Shown here: piece by piece, positions 1 through 12,285 of the stretch | Layout of the letters: every line of letters begins with the position of its first letter | Position numbering within the stretch: position 1 is the stretch's first letter | Assembly (NCBI GenBank): GCA_035193785.1 | Contig: CP136572.1 | Location: 96,001 to 160,000 of the forward strand | Length of the DNA: 64,000 bases | Reading direction: 5' to 3' | Source: Planktothrix sp. GU0601_MAG3 | GTDB taxonomy: Bacteria > Cyanobacteriota > Cyanobacteriia > Cyanobacteriales > Microcoleaceae | Notes under the pieces: generated by a model | The model's database searches: none | Told to the model about the DNA's origin: nothing | What the model saw: only the letters and a program-made list of their open reading frames with translations | Position numbers and translations under genes: made by a program

Positions 1-571
1 GTAACTCAGATAATATTTGGGCTAATTTTTTGCGCCAAGCGGGATCTAAACCGTTTGTAGGTTCATCTAAGATTAAAATACTGGGTTCTAAGACTAAAAT
101 TGATGCTAATGCGGCTAGGCGTTTTTGTCCCCCTGACAATTCATGGGAGGAGCGATTTTCATAATAGATTAACCCGAATTGAGATAAAATCAATCGTGCT
201 TTTTCTTTTGCTTCAATCGGAGACATTCCATAGTTAAGTAAACCAAACATCACATCTTCTAAAATAGTTGGCATAAATAACTGATCATCGGGATTTTGGA
301 AAGCAAATCCTACCTGAAGACGAATATCAGAAAGATTTTCAGATTCTAAACTAACACCATTAATGAAAATCTTGCCTGATCTCGGTAATTTTAACCCGAT
401 TAAGTTTTCTAATAAGGTGCTTTTACCCGCACCTGTAGCCCCCATTAAAGCTACCCTTTCACCGGAATGTATGGTAAAAGATATATTTTGCAAGATCGGC
501 TCTTGTCGGGCATATCCAAACACTAAATCTTGGACAACTAGGGTTTTTTCGGAAGAATTAATTTTTGACAT
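1..571 (-). CDS. cbiO: ECF Co/Ni transporter ATPase (CbiO/NikO), 3' end runs off the window
   Basis: Manual translation from ATG at 571 gives Walker A GATGAGKST, Q-loop FQNPDDQLF, LSGGQKR signature and LILDEPT; downstream of cbiQ. Confidence 0.9.
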   Translation of the reverse strand, partial: MSKINSSEKTLVVQDLVFGYARQEPILQNISFTIHSGERVALMGATGAGKSTLLENLIGLKLPRSGKIFINGVSLESENLSDIRLQVGFAFQNPDDQLFMPTILEDVMFGLLNYGMSPIEAKEKARLILSQFGLIYYENRSSHELSGGQKRLAALASILVLEPSILILDEPTNGLDPAWRKKLAQILSEL

Positions 572-1215
572 AGGAAAAAAATGTTAATAAACCAGCGATA
601 GTGATCACAATCATTAGGGCAAAATTATCTCTGGGTGTTGATTGAGATTCTACGGGTAATTTGCCTTGATAACCCCGCAAAATCATGGCATTATAAACCC
701 GTTCAGCCCGATCTAAACTGCGTAAATAAAGGGAAACCAATCATGGCGGCACTCGTATAACGTAACCAACCGGAATAACCGGATAAACCTCGCAATTTTG
801 CCGATTGTTGCATTTGACGAATTTCTGAGATTAAGATTTCTAAATATTGCCCAGTTAATAATATAATTTCCTGAAAGGTAGCCGGAAGTGGTAAACCTTT
901 TAATGCAATTCCCAAACTATGGGGTGGTAATGTAATTAGAAAACTATTCATTATTAGTAAACATACCATGGAACGAGTTACCATAAAACTGGCTTTTTCG
1001 TATCCCATTGGTAGGGCTAATAATGAAAGTAAAATTAATTCTGCCCCTAACAATTTTGAGATAATTTTCAGGGGCGGTTTTAAAGTGATTACCCAAAAAA
1101 ATGCGATCACGCTATAGTAGGCTAATGCCCACCATACGGATGTTTTGAGTAGGGCAATTCCGATGACAAGGACAAGAGAAACCCGTAATTTAAACGGGAT
1201 AGAAAATTGAATCAT
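558..1215 (-). CDS. cbiQ: ECF transporter transmembrane T component (CbiQ/NikQ), frameshift near 735
   Basis: ORFs 703-1272 and 558-740 join; hydrophobic; AKLRG and RSLDRAERVYNAMILRG motifs. Confidence 0.85.
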
Positions 1216-1222
1216 GGTTGAA

Positions 1223-2146
1223 TTATAACTGATTTGGTTTACCAATTTGGAGAATCCCAAAAGCAATACCAAAACAAATTATACTTCCGATAATTCCAGA
1301 AATGCTAGTGCCAATTTCCCCAAATCCTTTGATAGTATAATCAGCGAAAGGCGTGGGAATACTAAACCGCACATTTTCAGCCAATTCATCAAAACCGTGA
1401 ATTTCTGCAACCTTTTCTAAACCATCTGGCCAAGCTGAGGCAAATAAGGATAATACTCCGGCAATTAATAATGTACCAATTACAGGAGTTAACCATTTAT
1501 TTAATTGGGGTTGATCTCCGGGTAATAAATCGGGTCTAACTGTAATTAAATAAGTTAAAATTCCGGCGGTAATTAATCCTTCTCCAATCCCAATTAAACT
1601 ATGAACTCCGATCATGGCAGGTAAAATTATGGCTGCCTTAGCTGTCCCTGATAAAATCAAACCTATGGAACAAGCGATCGCGGCGGCAATAACACTAATT
1701 CCCCCAGCAATACCCGCAGCTAAAGGCAAACGAAAACGAGAACCTCCTAATAATTGTTGGAGAATTTGTGTTACGATCCAACCTATCCAAACTCCCACAA
1801 TTGCCATGTTAAAAATATTAGCTCCCAGGGCGGTAATTCCACCATCGGCAAATAAAAAAGCTTGAATCAATAAAACTGTCGCAATGGATACAGAAGCTGC
1901 CCAAGGATTTCCTAAAATTACCGCAGCTAAAGTTCCCCCTAAAAGATGTCCACTGGTGCCTCCAGCTACGGGAAAATTAATCATTTGGGCGGCAAAAATA
2001 AACGCGGTTGTTAACCCCATAACTGGCGCGTATCGTAATCCTACATTCTCGCGGGTACGCCCTAGACAAACTGCTAAAAATCCGGTGCTGGTAAGACTGG
2101 TAACAGTTGCTACTGCGGGAGAAATAAATCCATCGGGAATGTGCAT
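1223..2146 (-). CDS. cbiM: ECF S component CbiM/NikM fused to a PDGLE (NikN-like) domain
   Basis: N-terminus MHIPDGF, GGTSGHLLGG, C-terminal SAWPDGLEKVA. Confidence 0.92.
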   Translation of the reverse strand: MHIPDGFISPAVATVTSLTSTGFLAVCLGRTRENVGLRYAPVMGLTTAFIFAAQMINFPVAGGTSGHLLGGTLAAVILGNPWAASVSIATVLLIQAFLFADGGITALGANIFNMAIVGVWIGWIVTQILQQLLGGSRFRLPLAAGIAGGISVIAAAIACSIGLILSGTAKAAIILPAMIGVHSLIGIGEGLITAGILTYLITVRPDLLPGDQPQLNKWLTPVIGTLLIAGVLSLFASAWPDGLEKVAEIHGFDELAENVRFSIPTPFADYTIKGFGEIGTSISGIIGSIICFGIAFGILQIGKPNQL

Positions 2147-2225
2147 AAACTAAGCCTTAGTCCTTGAATTGCTGTACTAATTAATTGATCAACATTAATA
2201 GTAAATACCTTTTTTTGATAATTGG

Positions 2226-2246
2226 CAATCCCCTCTAGGGGTATTG
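2226..2246. promoter_or_regulatory. CsoR/RcnR (InrS)-type operator upstream of cbiM/nikM
   Basis: Pseudo-palindrome CAATCCCCTCTAGGGGTATTG (C4/G4 tracts with AT flanks) in an otherwise AT-rich intergenic region. Confidence 0.6.
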
Positions 2247-2431
2247 TCAGGAAAAAACAGCAACAAATATCATCTAACTCTTGTATGTACTGACTTTTCC
2301 ATGAATAAAAACAAAATTTATGTTAGATGAGTGTATTTAGTAGATATATTGTAATATAGTAATATTTAGAGTTGAATTTTAGATTGTTAATATTTGCGCT
2401 TCAGCGCGACAACAACGGAGTTTTTTATTTA

Positions 2432-3914
2432 ATGTTAGATCAGTTAGATCAATTTCAAACACCATTATTAACGGCTTTAAAAAATTGTGCCAATCAACCC
2501 GATACACCCTTTTATACCCCCGGACACAAACGGGGACAAGGGATTTCACCTTTGTTAACAGAACTTTTAGGAAATCAACTTTTTAAAGCCGATTTACCCG
2601 AATTACCTGAATTGGATAATTTATTTAATCCAGAAGGTGTAATTGCAGAAGCTCAAGACTTAGCTGCCGATGCTTTTGGGGCTGAAAAAACATGGTTTTT
2701 AGTTAATGGGTCAACCTCTGGAATTATTGCGGCTGTTTTAGCTATTTGTGGAACTGGAGATAAGATTTTAGTCCCTAGAAATGCTCATCAATCAGTGATT
2801 TCGGGGTTAATTTTATCCGGTGCGATCGCAATTTTCTTACCACCAGAATATAATCAAACCTGGGATTTAACCCATAGCATTACCCCGGAAAGCGTTGCTC
2901 AAACCTTAGAACAACATCCCGACACCAAAGCCGTATTAATAGTATATCCTACTTATCAAGGAATTTGTGGAAATATTACCGAAATTGCTAAAATTATCCA
3001 TCAATATAATATTCCTTTAATTGTAGATGAAGCTCACGGAGCGCATTTTAATTTTCATCCAGACCTACCAACCCCAGCCCTAAAAGCAGGAGCAGATTTA
3101 ACAATACAATCTACCCATAAAATATTGGGTTCCATGACACAATCTTCCATGCTCCATGTTCAGGGAAATCGGATTGATAGAGAGCGTCTATCTCAAACCT
3201 TACAATTTGTTGAATCCACCAGTCCCAATTATATATTATTGGCCTCCTTAGATGCGGCCCGTCAACAAATGGCAACCCAAGGCTATAATTTAATGAATCA
3301 AACAATATCCTTAGCAAAAATAGCCAGAAAAGAAATTAGCAAAATCAAAGGTTTATCTATTTTGGGAAATCCCGAATTACAACCCACATCAGGATGTGTT
3401 AACCTAGATATCACCCGTTTAACTATTAAAGTATCAAACTTAGGAATAAGTGGGTATGAAGCCGACGAAATTCTCCGTCAACAATTCCATGTCACCGCAG
3501 AAACTTCCTAGTCTCCATCACCTAACTTTTCTGCTCAGTTTGGGTAACACTGAAACCGATATTTCCCAACTGATTAACGGATTAAAGACCCTCTCCGTTG
3601 AACACCAACTCTCGGCGACCCACCATCCTCCCCTTGATTTCTCCCCGACAACCCACTACGCGCCTTCTAAACCCCCTTTTTCCTGTCGGGATGCTTTTTT
3701 TGCCCAAACAGAAAAACGTCCCCTTACGGACTGTGTGGGGTCGGTGAGTGCGGAAATTATTTGTCCCTACCCGCCCGGTATCCCCGTATTAATGCCTGGT
3801 GAAATTATCACCTCTGAGGCTCTAAAATTTTTGCAACAAGTTATAGCATTGGGTGGGAAAATAACAGGATGTAGTGATCCGAACCTGCAACAGCTTAAAA
3901 TTGTTAAAGGTTAA
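2432..3914 (+). CDS. PLP-dependent Orn/Lys/Arg decarboxylase, frameshift near 3505
   Basis: FYTPGHK, VDEAHGAH, QSTHK (PLP lysine); the second ORF has ICPYPPGIP...PGE. Confidence 0.9.
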
Positions 3915-3992
3915 ATTAAAAACAGAGAACTATTTATTTATCCCCAACCTAATCATTAAAAGTCGAGATCTTACCCCCAATTAATTTGCAAA

Positions 3993-4592
3993 ATGTCCAA
4001 ACTTTGGCCTTATGTTACCCCTGGTATTCCCGATGATTTATTTGAACGGTTGCCCGGTATTCCTCTGAGTAAGCGAGAAGTCCGTTTATTATTAGTATCC
4101 TTGATGCGATTGCAACCCGACTCCATTGTATGGGATATTGGGGCTGGAACTGGAACAATTGCCGTGGAAACCGGGCTATTATGTCCCCAAGGTCGAATTA
4201 TTGCCATTGAAAGGGATGAAGATGTGGTGAATTTAATTCGAGCCAATTGTCAACAGTTTGAACTGCAAAATGTTGATATAGTTGAAGGGAGTGCTCCCGA
4301 ATGTTTACGAAGTATTTCCTATCTACCTCATCGAGTTTGTTTGGAGGGAGGAAAACCGATTAAAGCCATTCTGCATGAAGTTTGGAAATACTTACAACCT
4401 CAAGGGAGAATTGTAGCTACAGCATCTAATCTGGAAAGTCTTTATGCTATTTCTGAAGGGTTTGCTGAGTTACAAGTCCGCAACGTTGAGGTGGTTCAAT
4501 CCGCCATTAACCGATTAGAAAAACGCGGAAATCATCAAACTTTTGAAGCCGTTAATCCTATGTTTATTTTAAGTGGTGAAAAAATAGATTAA
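3993..4592 (+). CDS. cbiT: Precorrin-6B C15-methyltransferase (decarboxylating)
   Basis: PGIPDDLF, SKREVR, WDIGAGTGT SAM-binding motif. Confidence 0.93.
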   Translation: MSKLWPYVTPGIPDDLFERLPGIPLSKREVRLLLVSLMRLQPDSIVWDIGAGTGTIAVETGLLCPQGRIIAIERDEDVVNLIRANCQQFELQNVDIVEGSAPECLRSISYLPHRVCLEGGKPIKAILHEVWKYLQPQGRIVATASNLESLYAISEGFAELQVRNVEVVQSAINRLEKRGNHQTFEAVNPMFILSGEKID

Positions 4593-4651
4593 ATTTAAAA
4601 TACGCTATAGATAACTACCCTAGCCCGTCTTAACTTCTGACTCCTAACACT

Positions 4652-5531
4652 ATGCCTTCTTTCTCTCGCATTATCAGTGGAATTATTGGAATCATTTTAG
4701 CCTTGGGAATGCTCATTTTTGGAGGATGGTATTTTACCCTGGGATTAAGTTTAATTATTTATTTAGGTCAATTAGAGTATTTTCAATTAGTTCGAGCCAA
4801 AGGTATTGAACCAGCGGTTAAAACCACTTTATTTGTTAGTCAAGCCTTACTTTTGACCGCCGCATTTTCTCCTAGTTTAGTCGATGCGATGTTTGCCTTG
4901 GCCGGAACATTAGTCTGTTTTTATCTATTATTTAGACCTAAATTATCAAGCATTGCCGATATTAGTTCTTCAATTTTAGGTCTATTTTATGGGGGATATT
5001 TACCCAGTTATTGGGTACGCCTGCGAGTTGGACTTGAAACCCAATACTTTACTAGAAAAAGCCTTCGCCAGTCCCATTCCTTTTAATGAAAATTGGTCAA
5101 TTTCTAATTTATCTTCAGGATTAACTGCTACCCTATTAGCTTTTAGTTGTATTTGGGCGGCGGATATTGGGGCTTATATTTTCGGCAAAACTTTTGGCCG
5201 GACTCGCCTCTCAGATATTAGTCCGAAAAAAACCGTTGAAGGGGCAATATTTGGGTTTTTAGGCAGTATTACAGTCGCCATATTGGGGTCTTGGTATTTA
5301 CAATGGCCGGGGTTTCCTTGGGCGGGTTTAATCCTAGGATTATTAATTGGAATTTCCAGTTTATTAGGCGATTTAACCGAATCTTTAATGAAACGAGACG
5401 CCGGAGTCAAGGATTCCGGTCAACTAATTCCCGGTCATGGCGGAATTTTAGACCGCGCCGATAGTTATGTTTTTACCGCCCCTTTAGTCTATTATTTTAT
5501 CACCTTATTTTTGCCCCTATTGTCAATCTAA
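4652..5531 (+). CDS. cdsA: Phosphatidate cytidylyltransferase, frameshift near 5040
   Basis: ISPKKTVEG and KDSGQLIPGHGGILDRADS signatures. Confidence 0.92.
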
Positions 5532-5578
5532 AAAATCATCATCCCAGCTACCCAATTAGATTATATTATCTCCTATTA

Positions 5579-5640
5579 TGTAGGGGCGGTTTAGAGACAA
5601 ACTTTGTCAGTTATTAAAAGTATCTCCAAACCTGCCCATG
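5579..5640. repeat. GTAG-type REP-like palindromic element
   Basis: tGTAGGGGCGGTTT...AAACCTGCCC, related to the elements at 24607 and 26759. Confidence 0.5.
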
Positions 5641-5667
5641 CTCTATATTTAGCTGAGTATAGCATTT

Positions 5668-6967
5668 CTATTGATTAGAAATAAATGATAATAAAGAAAC
5701 ATCTCGATTTAGTTCATAAGTCACAGGTTTTTTATTCTTTTTAACCTTTCCTTGACTAACCGCTAAATTTAACCAATCTTGCATTTGAGAGAGTCTAACT
5801 TGTAATAACTCAGCCAAAGATTTGGCATCTTTTGGTTGTTCAAGTTGACAGATAATTAAGGGTAATACCGCCTCATAAATATTTTGAGAAGCAGGATAAA
5901 CGGGTGTATCTTTCTGAATCTCGATATTTTCAGAAGTGGGTTTAACTTGATCTTGAATACTCGGGGATAGTGTTAAATCAATTTCTGGGTTATTAATGGT
6001 AGTTAAAGTATCCTGATCAATCGTAACTGCATCTATAATAAGTTCTTGTATAGGACGATTAAAAGGCATCTCAGGAAAGGGTTTTGCTCCTCGATGAATT
6101 AACTGTTGATTTCCGTCTGGTATTGTTCCTTGAATTCGCACAAATACCGGAACAGTTTTGATTTTTTTTAACGCTTCAATTGCACCCGCCCAAGTTCCTC
6201 CTTCATCTACAGAAGAACTAATAATTAACCCATAATCGGATAATCCATAAATATATTTATTCCGTCCCATGGCATTCCCAACATTAAATCCAGCATCAGG
6301 ATCATAGGAAGAAATTAAGGTTAAATTTCCGCTTTTAATAAAGTTTCTATACTTGCTAGAAACCGCCGATTTTGCGAGACTATCTCCCAGGACTCCCACA
6401 ACATTTCCCCCGGCATTTAAAGCCACTAACATCGCTGTTTGATCAACTCCTCTCGCCCCGCCTGAAATAATTTGTATTTCCTGTTCTGCACAAGTTTGAA
6501 CAATATAATCAGTATAATTGAGTCCTTCTTCATCAACATCACGGGAAACCCAGCACCGCTAAACCACCTTGAGAAAGTAGTTCAAAATTACCCACACCAT
6601 ATAAAATTGCTGGGGCTAAATGTTGAAGTTTCTGTTTCAGACAGCGAGGATATTTAGGATCACTTCTTCCTAATATCCATAGCCCTTGACTTGTCCATTT
6701 TTCTACCGCTAAACTTAACAGCATCCCCCGTTCTAATAAGGCAATAATCCGGTTAGGATCAAGAGGAATAATCATTTCTAATAGCTGTTTTTTAGCAGTT
6801 TCTTCTAATAAGTTTTTTGGCGTTAATTGCTGTAACCGTAAACAATTGGCTAACGTATTATATTCACTTAAAGTTAACGGTTGGGGTTCGGTTTTGCGAT
6901 TTTGACCAAAACTGGCACATAATAATAAAATTGCTTGGGTATCGGGGGGGAGTTGATGGTTCAGCAT
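5668..6967 (-). CDS. DprA/Smf-like protein with N-terminal extension and putative C-terminal winged HTH, frameshift near 6547
   Basis: YP..LK.KL...AP.ILYGVGN; removing one T restores LAVLGSRD; SGGARGVD, AMGRNKYIYGLSD, GGTWAGA. Confidence 0.85.
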
Positions 6968-6978
6968 GGGGTTTAAAT

Positions 6979-9079
6979 TTAACTAGATTGAGATAAAGAA
7001 TTTAGAGCTAAAGCTAGGGGAAAGACTTGACCACTTCCTCCTTGACGTAATAGCGCGGTAATGATAGTTAATGTCCATCGAGAATCTACAAAATCATCGA
7101 CTAAAAAAACAGCACCTTTTTGAATATTTTCCAGATCAATTTGAAATACACCATCTAAATTATGAGCTTGTTGATAACTATTACTCATCGTTTTTTGAGG
7201 TTGCGTCTGGCGAATTTTTTGGACTACTGGAAAAAAAGGTAAACCTAATTTTTGAGCTAATCTTTGAGCAAAATTCGGTACTAATTCAGAACGATTTAAG
7301 GAAGGAACACAAGTTACCCAAGTTGGCATCAGTTGGGGTTGCCATCGCTGAATCATTTCGATTACACCCTGAACTAAAACATCATCAAAATAACCGTTTT
7401 GATATTTTCCATTTTTAACCAGTTCTCCCCAACCTGCATCCCCCCAAAGAGATAAAGCGCGACCTATTTCCGCCCGTAAATCTAGTTTAATATTACCTGA
7501 AAAATCATAAATTTGTAAGGCTCCTTTTGACGGCCATTGTTTGCGAGGTTCAATAATTAAATCACATCGTTTTAAGTATTTAATAGCCTGATTAACTATT
7601 TCTAAACCAGCCGTTTCTGGGAATAACGGTTTACCTAAACAAACGGCACATTTTCCACAGGGTTGAGCATAGGGATCATCTAAGGCTTTTGATAAAAATT
7701 CCATTGAGCAAGATTGACTGTTCATATAATCTTGCATTTGAGCTTGTTCTTGTTTGCGAATTTGAGTTAATAGTTCTATTTTTTGGCTGTTAGATTGATA
7801 ATCAATTGCTGTCGCATACCACTTAGATTTTTGCTTAACAACTGGACTGGGAAATTCCAAGGAGAGTAATTTTAAAACCTTGTCAATTTGTCCTCTGGAT
7901 AAATTACAATATTGTTCCATTTCAGGAGTTGAAAAACCATTTTTAGATTGATTTAATGCCGCTAAAATTGATTGAGTATGGGCTTCTGGTGGAAAGGCTG
8001 TTTGAATAAAATAATTAGTTATATCATCATCTTCCTGACCACACAAAAGAATCCCATAAGCTTGTTCAACAGCCCTTCCTGCCCGTCCCACTTGTTGATA
8101 ATAATGCACAACAGAACCGGGTCTTTGATAATGAATTACAAACCCTAAATCGGGCTTATCGAAACCCATTCCTAAAGCAGTTGTTGCTACTAACGCTTTA
8201 ATTTCATTATTCAAAAGTTGATTTTCTAAAGGTTCCCTTCCTTCTTCTAATTTTCCGTGATAGGCTTTAGCATTAATTCCTTGCGTTTGTAACCATTCTG
8301 CCACTTGTTCTGCATCTCTAACCGTGAGGGTATAAATAATGCCACTTCCGGGTAAATTGGGTAAGGTTTCTGCCAACCAAGCCAAACGAGTAGCGGGGTT
8401 AGGAAGGTGAATATTTTGAAGTTTTAAACTATTCCGAGTTAAAGCTCCTCGGAAGATGTGTAAATTGTCTCCCAGTTGTGTTTTAATATCCTCAACTACT
8501 CGATTATTAGCAGTTGCAGTTGTAGCTAAAACGGGAATAGTTTTTGGGAGAGCTTGTAAAATTCTGACAATGCGACGATAATCGGGTCTAAAATCATGTC
8601 CCCAGTCGGAAATACAATGGGCTTCATCGACCACAAATAAACCAATTTTTTGAGAAATTGGAATTAAAACATTGTTTCTAAAGTCTTCATTTGCCAAGCG
8701 TTTCTGGAGAAATCAATAAAAGATCAATCTCTCCGGCTAATAGCTGATTCTGAATGGTATCCCATTGCTCTTGATTATCAGAATTAATGGTAGCCGCTTT
8801 CACCCCAATTCGTTCAGCCGCTACCATTTGATTTCGCATTAATGCTAATAGGGGAGAAATTAATAAAGTCGGGCCCGATCCTTGATCTCTTAGCAGCCGA
8901 GTTGCTAGAAAATAGACTAAACTTTTACCCCATCCTGTGCGTTGAACCACTAAAAGTTGAGAACGATTTTGGATTAAATCGGCGATCGCTTCCCATTGTC
9001 CATCTCTAAAATTAGCCGTAGGATTGTTGAGGGCTTTTCTGAGAAATAATAAAGCTTGATTTTGAAGAATTTCCGTCAT
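6979..9079 (-). CDS. RecQ-family helicase with C-terminal phosphoribosyltransferase-like (ComF-type) domain, frameshift near 8702
   Basis: QRTGWGKS, VDEAHCISDWGHDFRPDY, QQVGRAGR, CGKCAVC Zn motif; C-terminal VFLVDDFVDSRWTL PRPP-loop-like motif. Confidence 0.9.
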
Positions 9080-9123
9080 ATTTTTTACCTAAAAATGATT
9101 GCTAGAAACCCGGTTTATAATCG

Positions 9124-10534
9124 TTAAATTTGGGGATTTTCTGACAAACTCCCCAACGAAAGTGTATTATTTTGATCCAGATTATCCAAGTCATCTAAGA
9201 TGGCGACAATTTCCCGTTCAAATGTGACTTTAGCCCGATTAGTTTTCCCCCCAATATAAAGGCGATCGCCTTCTTTTAAGGCCCAAATTTGAGAATGGGA
9301 AACATAACTCATCATCACACTAATCATTAATAATCCAAACCCTAAATAAACAACTGGAATCCCCGGATCAGCTTTGATTTGTAATCCCGTACTCCCGATA
9401 ATTTCATCAATAAATACCGTCACCCCATCTACTTCCGTTGACATTCCCTGTCTAACCGTTGAAACTAATTCACCCTGGCCATTATAAACTAATACATTTC
9501 CTTTTAAATCCCTAGCTAAAACCGAAACCCCCGCACTAAAATCCGGTTTAATTGGAATCCAAGTTCCCCAAATTCTGCCCTTTCCTTGGGTGTCTAATTG
9601 TGCCATTGGTAAGCGAAATACGGGACTTTTATTGACTCGCACCCGTAAAGCAGCAATACCCCAATCTGCTTGATAAAAAGTCACACCTTGATAGTGCAAA
9701 GGTTCATTAACGTGAATCGTTTTGCGATCCACTTCTTCCCCCTGTTGATTTAATACTGACAAATCAGAATAAAATTGATCAATTCTGCCCTCGGGATCAT
9801 AATCAATCCAAAACCGATTAACTTTAACTGACCAATCTTTAGGAATTTGGGCTTGAGAAAATTGTCCAGCATCCAGGATATTTTTAACTTGAAAAATATT
9901 CCCCCCTGGAAACCATTTCTTGAGCCATAAATCCAGTAACAGAACCGATAATAGAACCTGCTAAAATAATTAACATACTAGCATGGACAATAATCGGCCC
10001 AATTCTGCCAATCAGTCCCCGTCTCGCATAGAGTTTATTACCTTCTTGAAATACTAAATAATTGCGTTTTTTTAATAAAGGTTCTAAAGCTGTTAATGAA
10101 CCTGTGGTTAATTCAGCACTTAAAGCGATATTTTGAAATTGTTTAGGTTTATCGTAATATGTCCAGCGACGGGCTGATTTTAAAGTAGGTAATTGTCGGG
10201 TAAAGGTGCAAGCGGTTAAGCTACTACCAAATAATACTAAAAGTGCTAAAAACCACCAAGTTCTATAAACATGATCAAGTCCAATAAAGACAAGAACTTT
10301 CCAGGTTAAAAAGCCAAATAAAGCCGGATGTTCAGGGTAATTAGATTGATAATACTCAAGGGATTGTCCCTGTTCTAGCAGTGTTCCTGAAATACTGAAA
10401 ATCGCAATAATTAATAACAATAAAATTGCCAGTCGTAAATCTGCCAAAAGGGGCAAAATCTCTTTTCTAATCATTCTTTGAATAGCTGTTTCTCCGGTGA
10501 TTATTTTTTGTAATAGTGAAAGTTCTATATCCAT
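9124..10534 (-). CDS. ccs1: Cytochrome c biogenesis protein Ccs1/ResB, frameshift near 9900
   Basis: [51 protein letters not shown]. Confidence 0.92.
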
Positions 10535-10555
10535 TTTTATTCCCCTTTAATTAAA

Positions 10556-11293
10556 TTAAGTAACAGGTAAAAATCTAAACACTAGCGAAAATACACCAAA
10601 TCCGACTAATAAAACTCCACTGGTGGGTGTAATCCAACTTGACCATTTTCGCAGTTCTAGTAACTTTTTAATTGTAGCGGTAAAGGTTCCGGCTAATACC
10701 AATGGTGCAACATAACCCACCGCATAGGCTAACAATAAAACTCCTCCTAAAATGACATCTCCTGTGGTTGAAACCCAGGCTAATAACGTTGCTAAAACGG
10801 GGGTACTACAGGGAGAAGCTACCAACCCAAAGGTTAACCCTAATAAATAGGATTTTAAGTGCTGAGGAACTGCTTTAGGTATCCAGCCAATGGTGTCAAA
10901 AGCGGGTAATTGTAGCGGTAGAGCTTCTAATAAATTTAACCCCATTAAAATCGCAATTAAACTTACAATAATCGGTAAACCCAAACCAATTTGACCATAA
11001 ACTTGTCCGACAAAAGATGCTATAATTCCTAATCCGGCTAAGGTGGTAGCTAGTCCCAATGCAAACCAGATTGATTGAATTGCAGCCTGGAGTCGATTTT
11101 CAGTTTCATAACCACCAATATAACCAATGGTAATCGGTAACATGGACAGCATACAGGGAGTTAAACTGGTTAATAAACCCGCAAAAAAAATAACGCCAAT
11201 ACTCACAAAACTTAGGTGATTTAGTTGAGTTTGAACTAGATTATTTGCCAGTTGTGCCAGTTCATACAATTTAATTTGTAGAGTTTCCAGCAT
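10556..11293 (-). CDS. ccdA: Cytochrome c biogenesis protein CcdA
   Basis: LTSLTPCMLSMLP and ASPCSTPVL motifs, membrane protein. Confidence 0.93.
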   Translation of the reverse strand: MLETLQIKLYELAQLANNLVQTQLNHLSFVSIGVIFFAGLLTSLTPCMLSMLPITIGYIGGYETENRLQAAIQSIWFALGLATTLAGLGIIASFVGQVYGQIGLGLPIIVSLIAILMGLNLLEALPLQLPAFDTIGWIPKAVPQHLKSYLLGLTFGLVASPCSTPVLATLLAWVSTTGDVILGGVLLLAYAVGYVAPLVLAGTFTATIKKLLELRKWSSWITPTSGVLLVGFGVFSLVFRFLPVT

Positions 11294-11351
11294 GAAATTA
11301 AATCAACGGTTTGTTTCCTTTGATATTATAACCTATTTTGACCTTTAATGA

Positions 11352-12035
11352 TTATTCATGAATTGAACCATCTGGCATAACTGCACCTTGTAATATCACA
11401 GTTTCTAAGTGAACTCCTTCCAGATTTGCTCCTTGTAAATTGGCACTACTAAAATTAGTAAATTGAGTAGCATCTCGAAACAATAAACTATTGACATCGG
11501 CAAAACTCAAGTTACTATTTTCTAAATTAGCATATTGTAAATTTGTTCCCCGTAAACTGGCATGGGTCAAGTTAGCTTGACTCAGATTTGTCCCCCATAA
11601 TCTCGCGCCTAATAATTTAGCTTTTTCCAAATTAGCATAGCTGAGATTAGCCAAGGTTAAATTCGCTTCTAATAGGCTTGACTGGGTTAAATTAGCTTCA
11701 GATAATTTGGCTTTGTTCAGATTTGCCCCTAATAGATTAGTATGTTCTAAATTAGCCTGTCTTAAATCTGCCCCTGATAAGTTGGCATATTTTAAGTTAG
11801 CTCCTCTCAAATTAGCTTGTTTTAAATTAGCTCCTGATAGGTTAGTATTTGACAAATCTAATCCTTGTAAATTTGCCCCTTCTAAATTACAATATTTCCA
11901 AAGAAATGAATGACAATCTTTGGTTTCTAGTAATTGTTGAATCGGTTTTAAATTGGTCGCATTAGCAGGCAATATCCCGCCCACCATTAAACTTAAAATC
12001 AACCCAACTTTAATCAAGAAAGCAATTCCTTTCAT
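11352..12035 (-). CDS. Pentapeptide repeat protein with signal peptide
   Basis: Repeated A(N/D)LxG pentapeptides after a hydrophobic N-terminus ending PANA. Confidence 0.9.
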   Translation of the reverse strand: MKGIAFLIKVGLILSLMVGGILPANATNLKPIQQLLETKDCHSFLWKYCNLEGANLQGLDLSNTNLSGANLKQANLRGANLKYANLSGADLRQANLEHTNLLGANLNKAKLSEANLTQSSLLEANLTLANLSYANLEKAKLLGARLWGTNLSQANLTHASLRGTNLQYANLENSNLSFADVNSLLFRDATQFTNFSSANLQGANLEGVHLETVILQGAVMPDGSIHE

Positions 12036-12285
12036 GGCATAACTCAGATCTTGATGGCAATTCAACAAATTATAGTTTATCTCAAAATTGCCTCCTAGAT
12101 GGTTAAACCGGTTTAGGGACACTGCCAATTGCAGGAGAGGTCAGTCGTCTGGCAAAAAAAAGATGTCGGGTACTGGGTCAGATGATATCTATAGTTTATA
12201 TTAAAAATCACATCATTTTCTTGACTTATATTGAATTTTGTATCAAATTAGAAGATAGGATTGTGGCTATACAGAGGACAGTAAA

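Noticed and set aside
2147..2431. Cobalamin riboswitch upstream of cbiM
   Set aside because: The region is very AT-rich and I found no B12-box or conserved core.
7071..7418. Antisense 115-aa ORF inside the RecQ-PRTase gene, and similar antisense ORFs elsewhere
   Set aside because: Fully nested opposite a well-supported gene, with no motif support.
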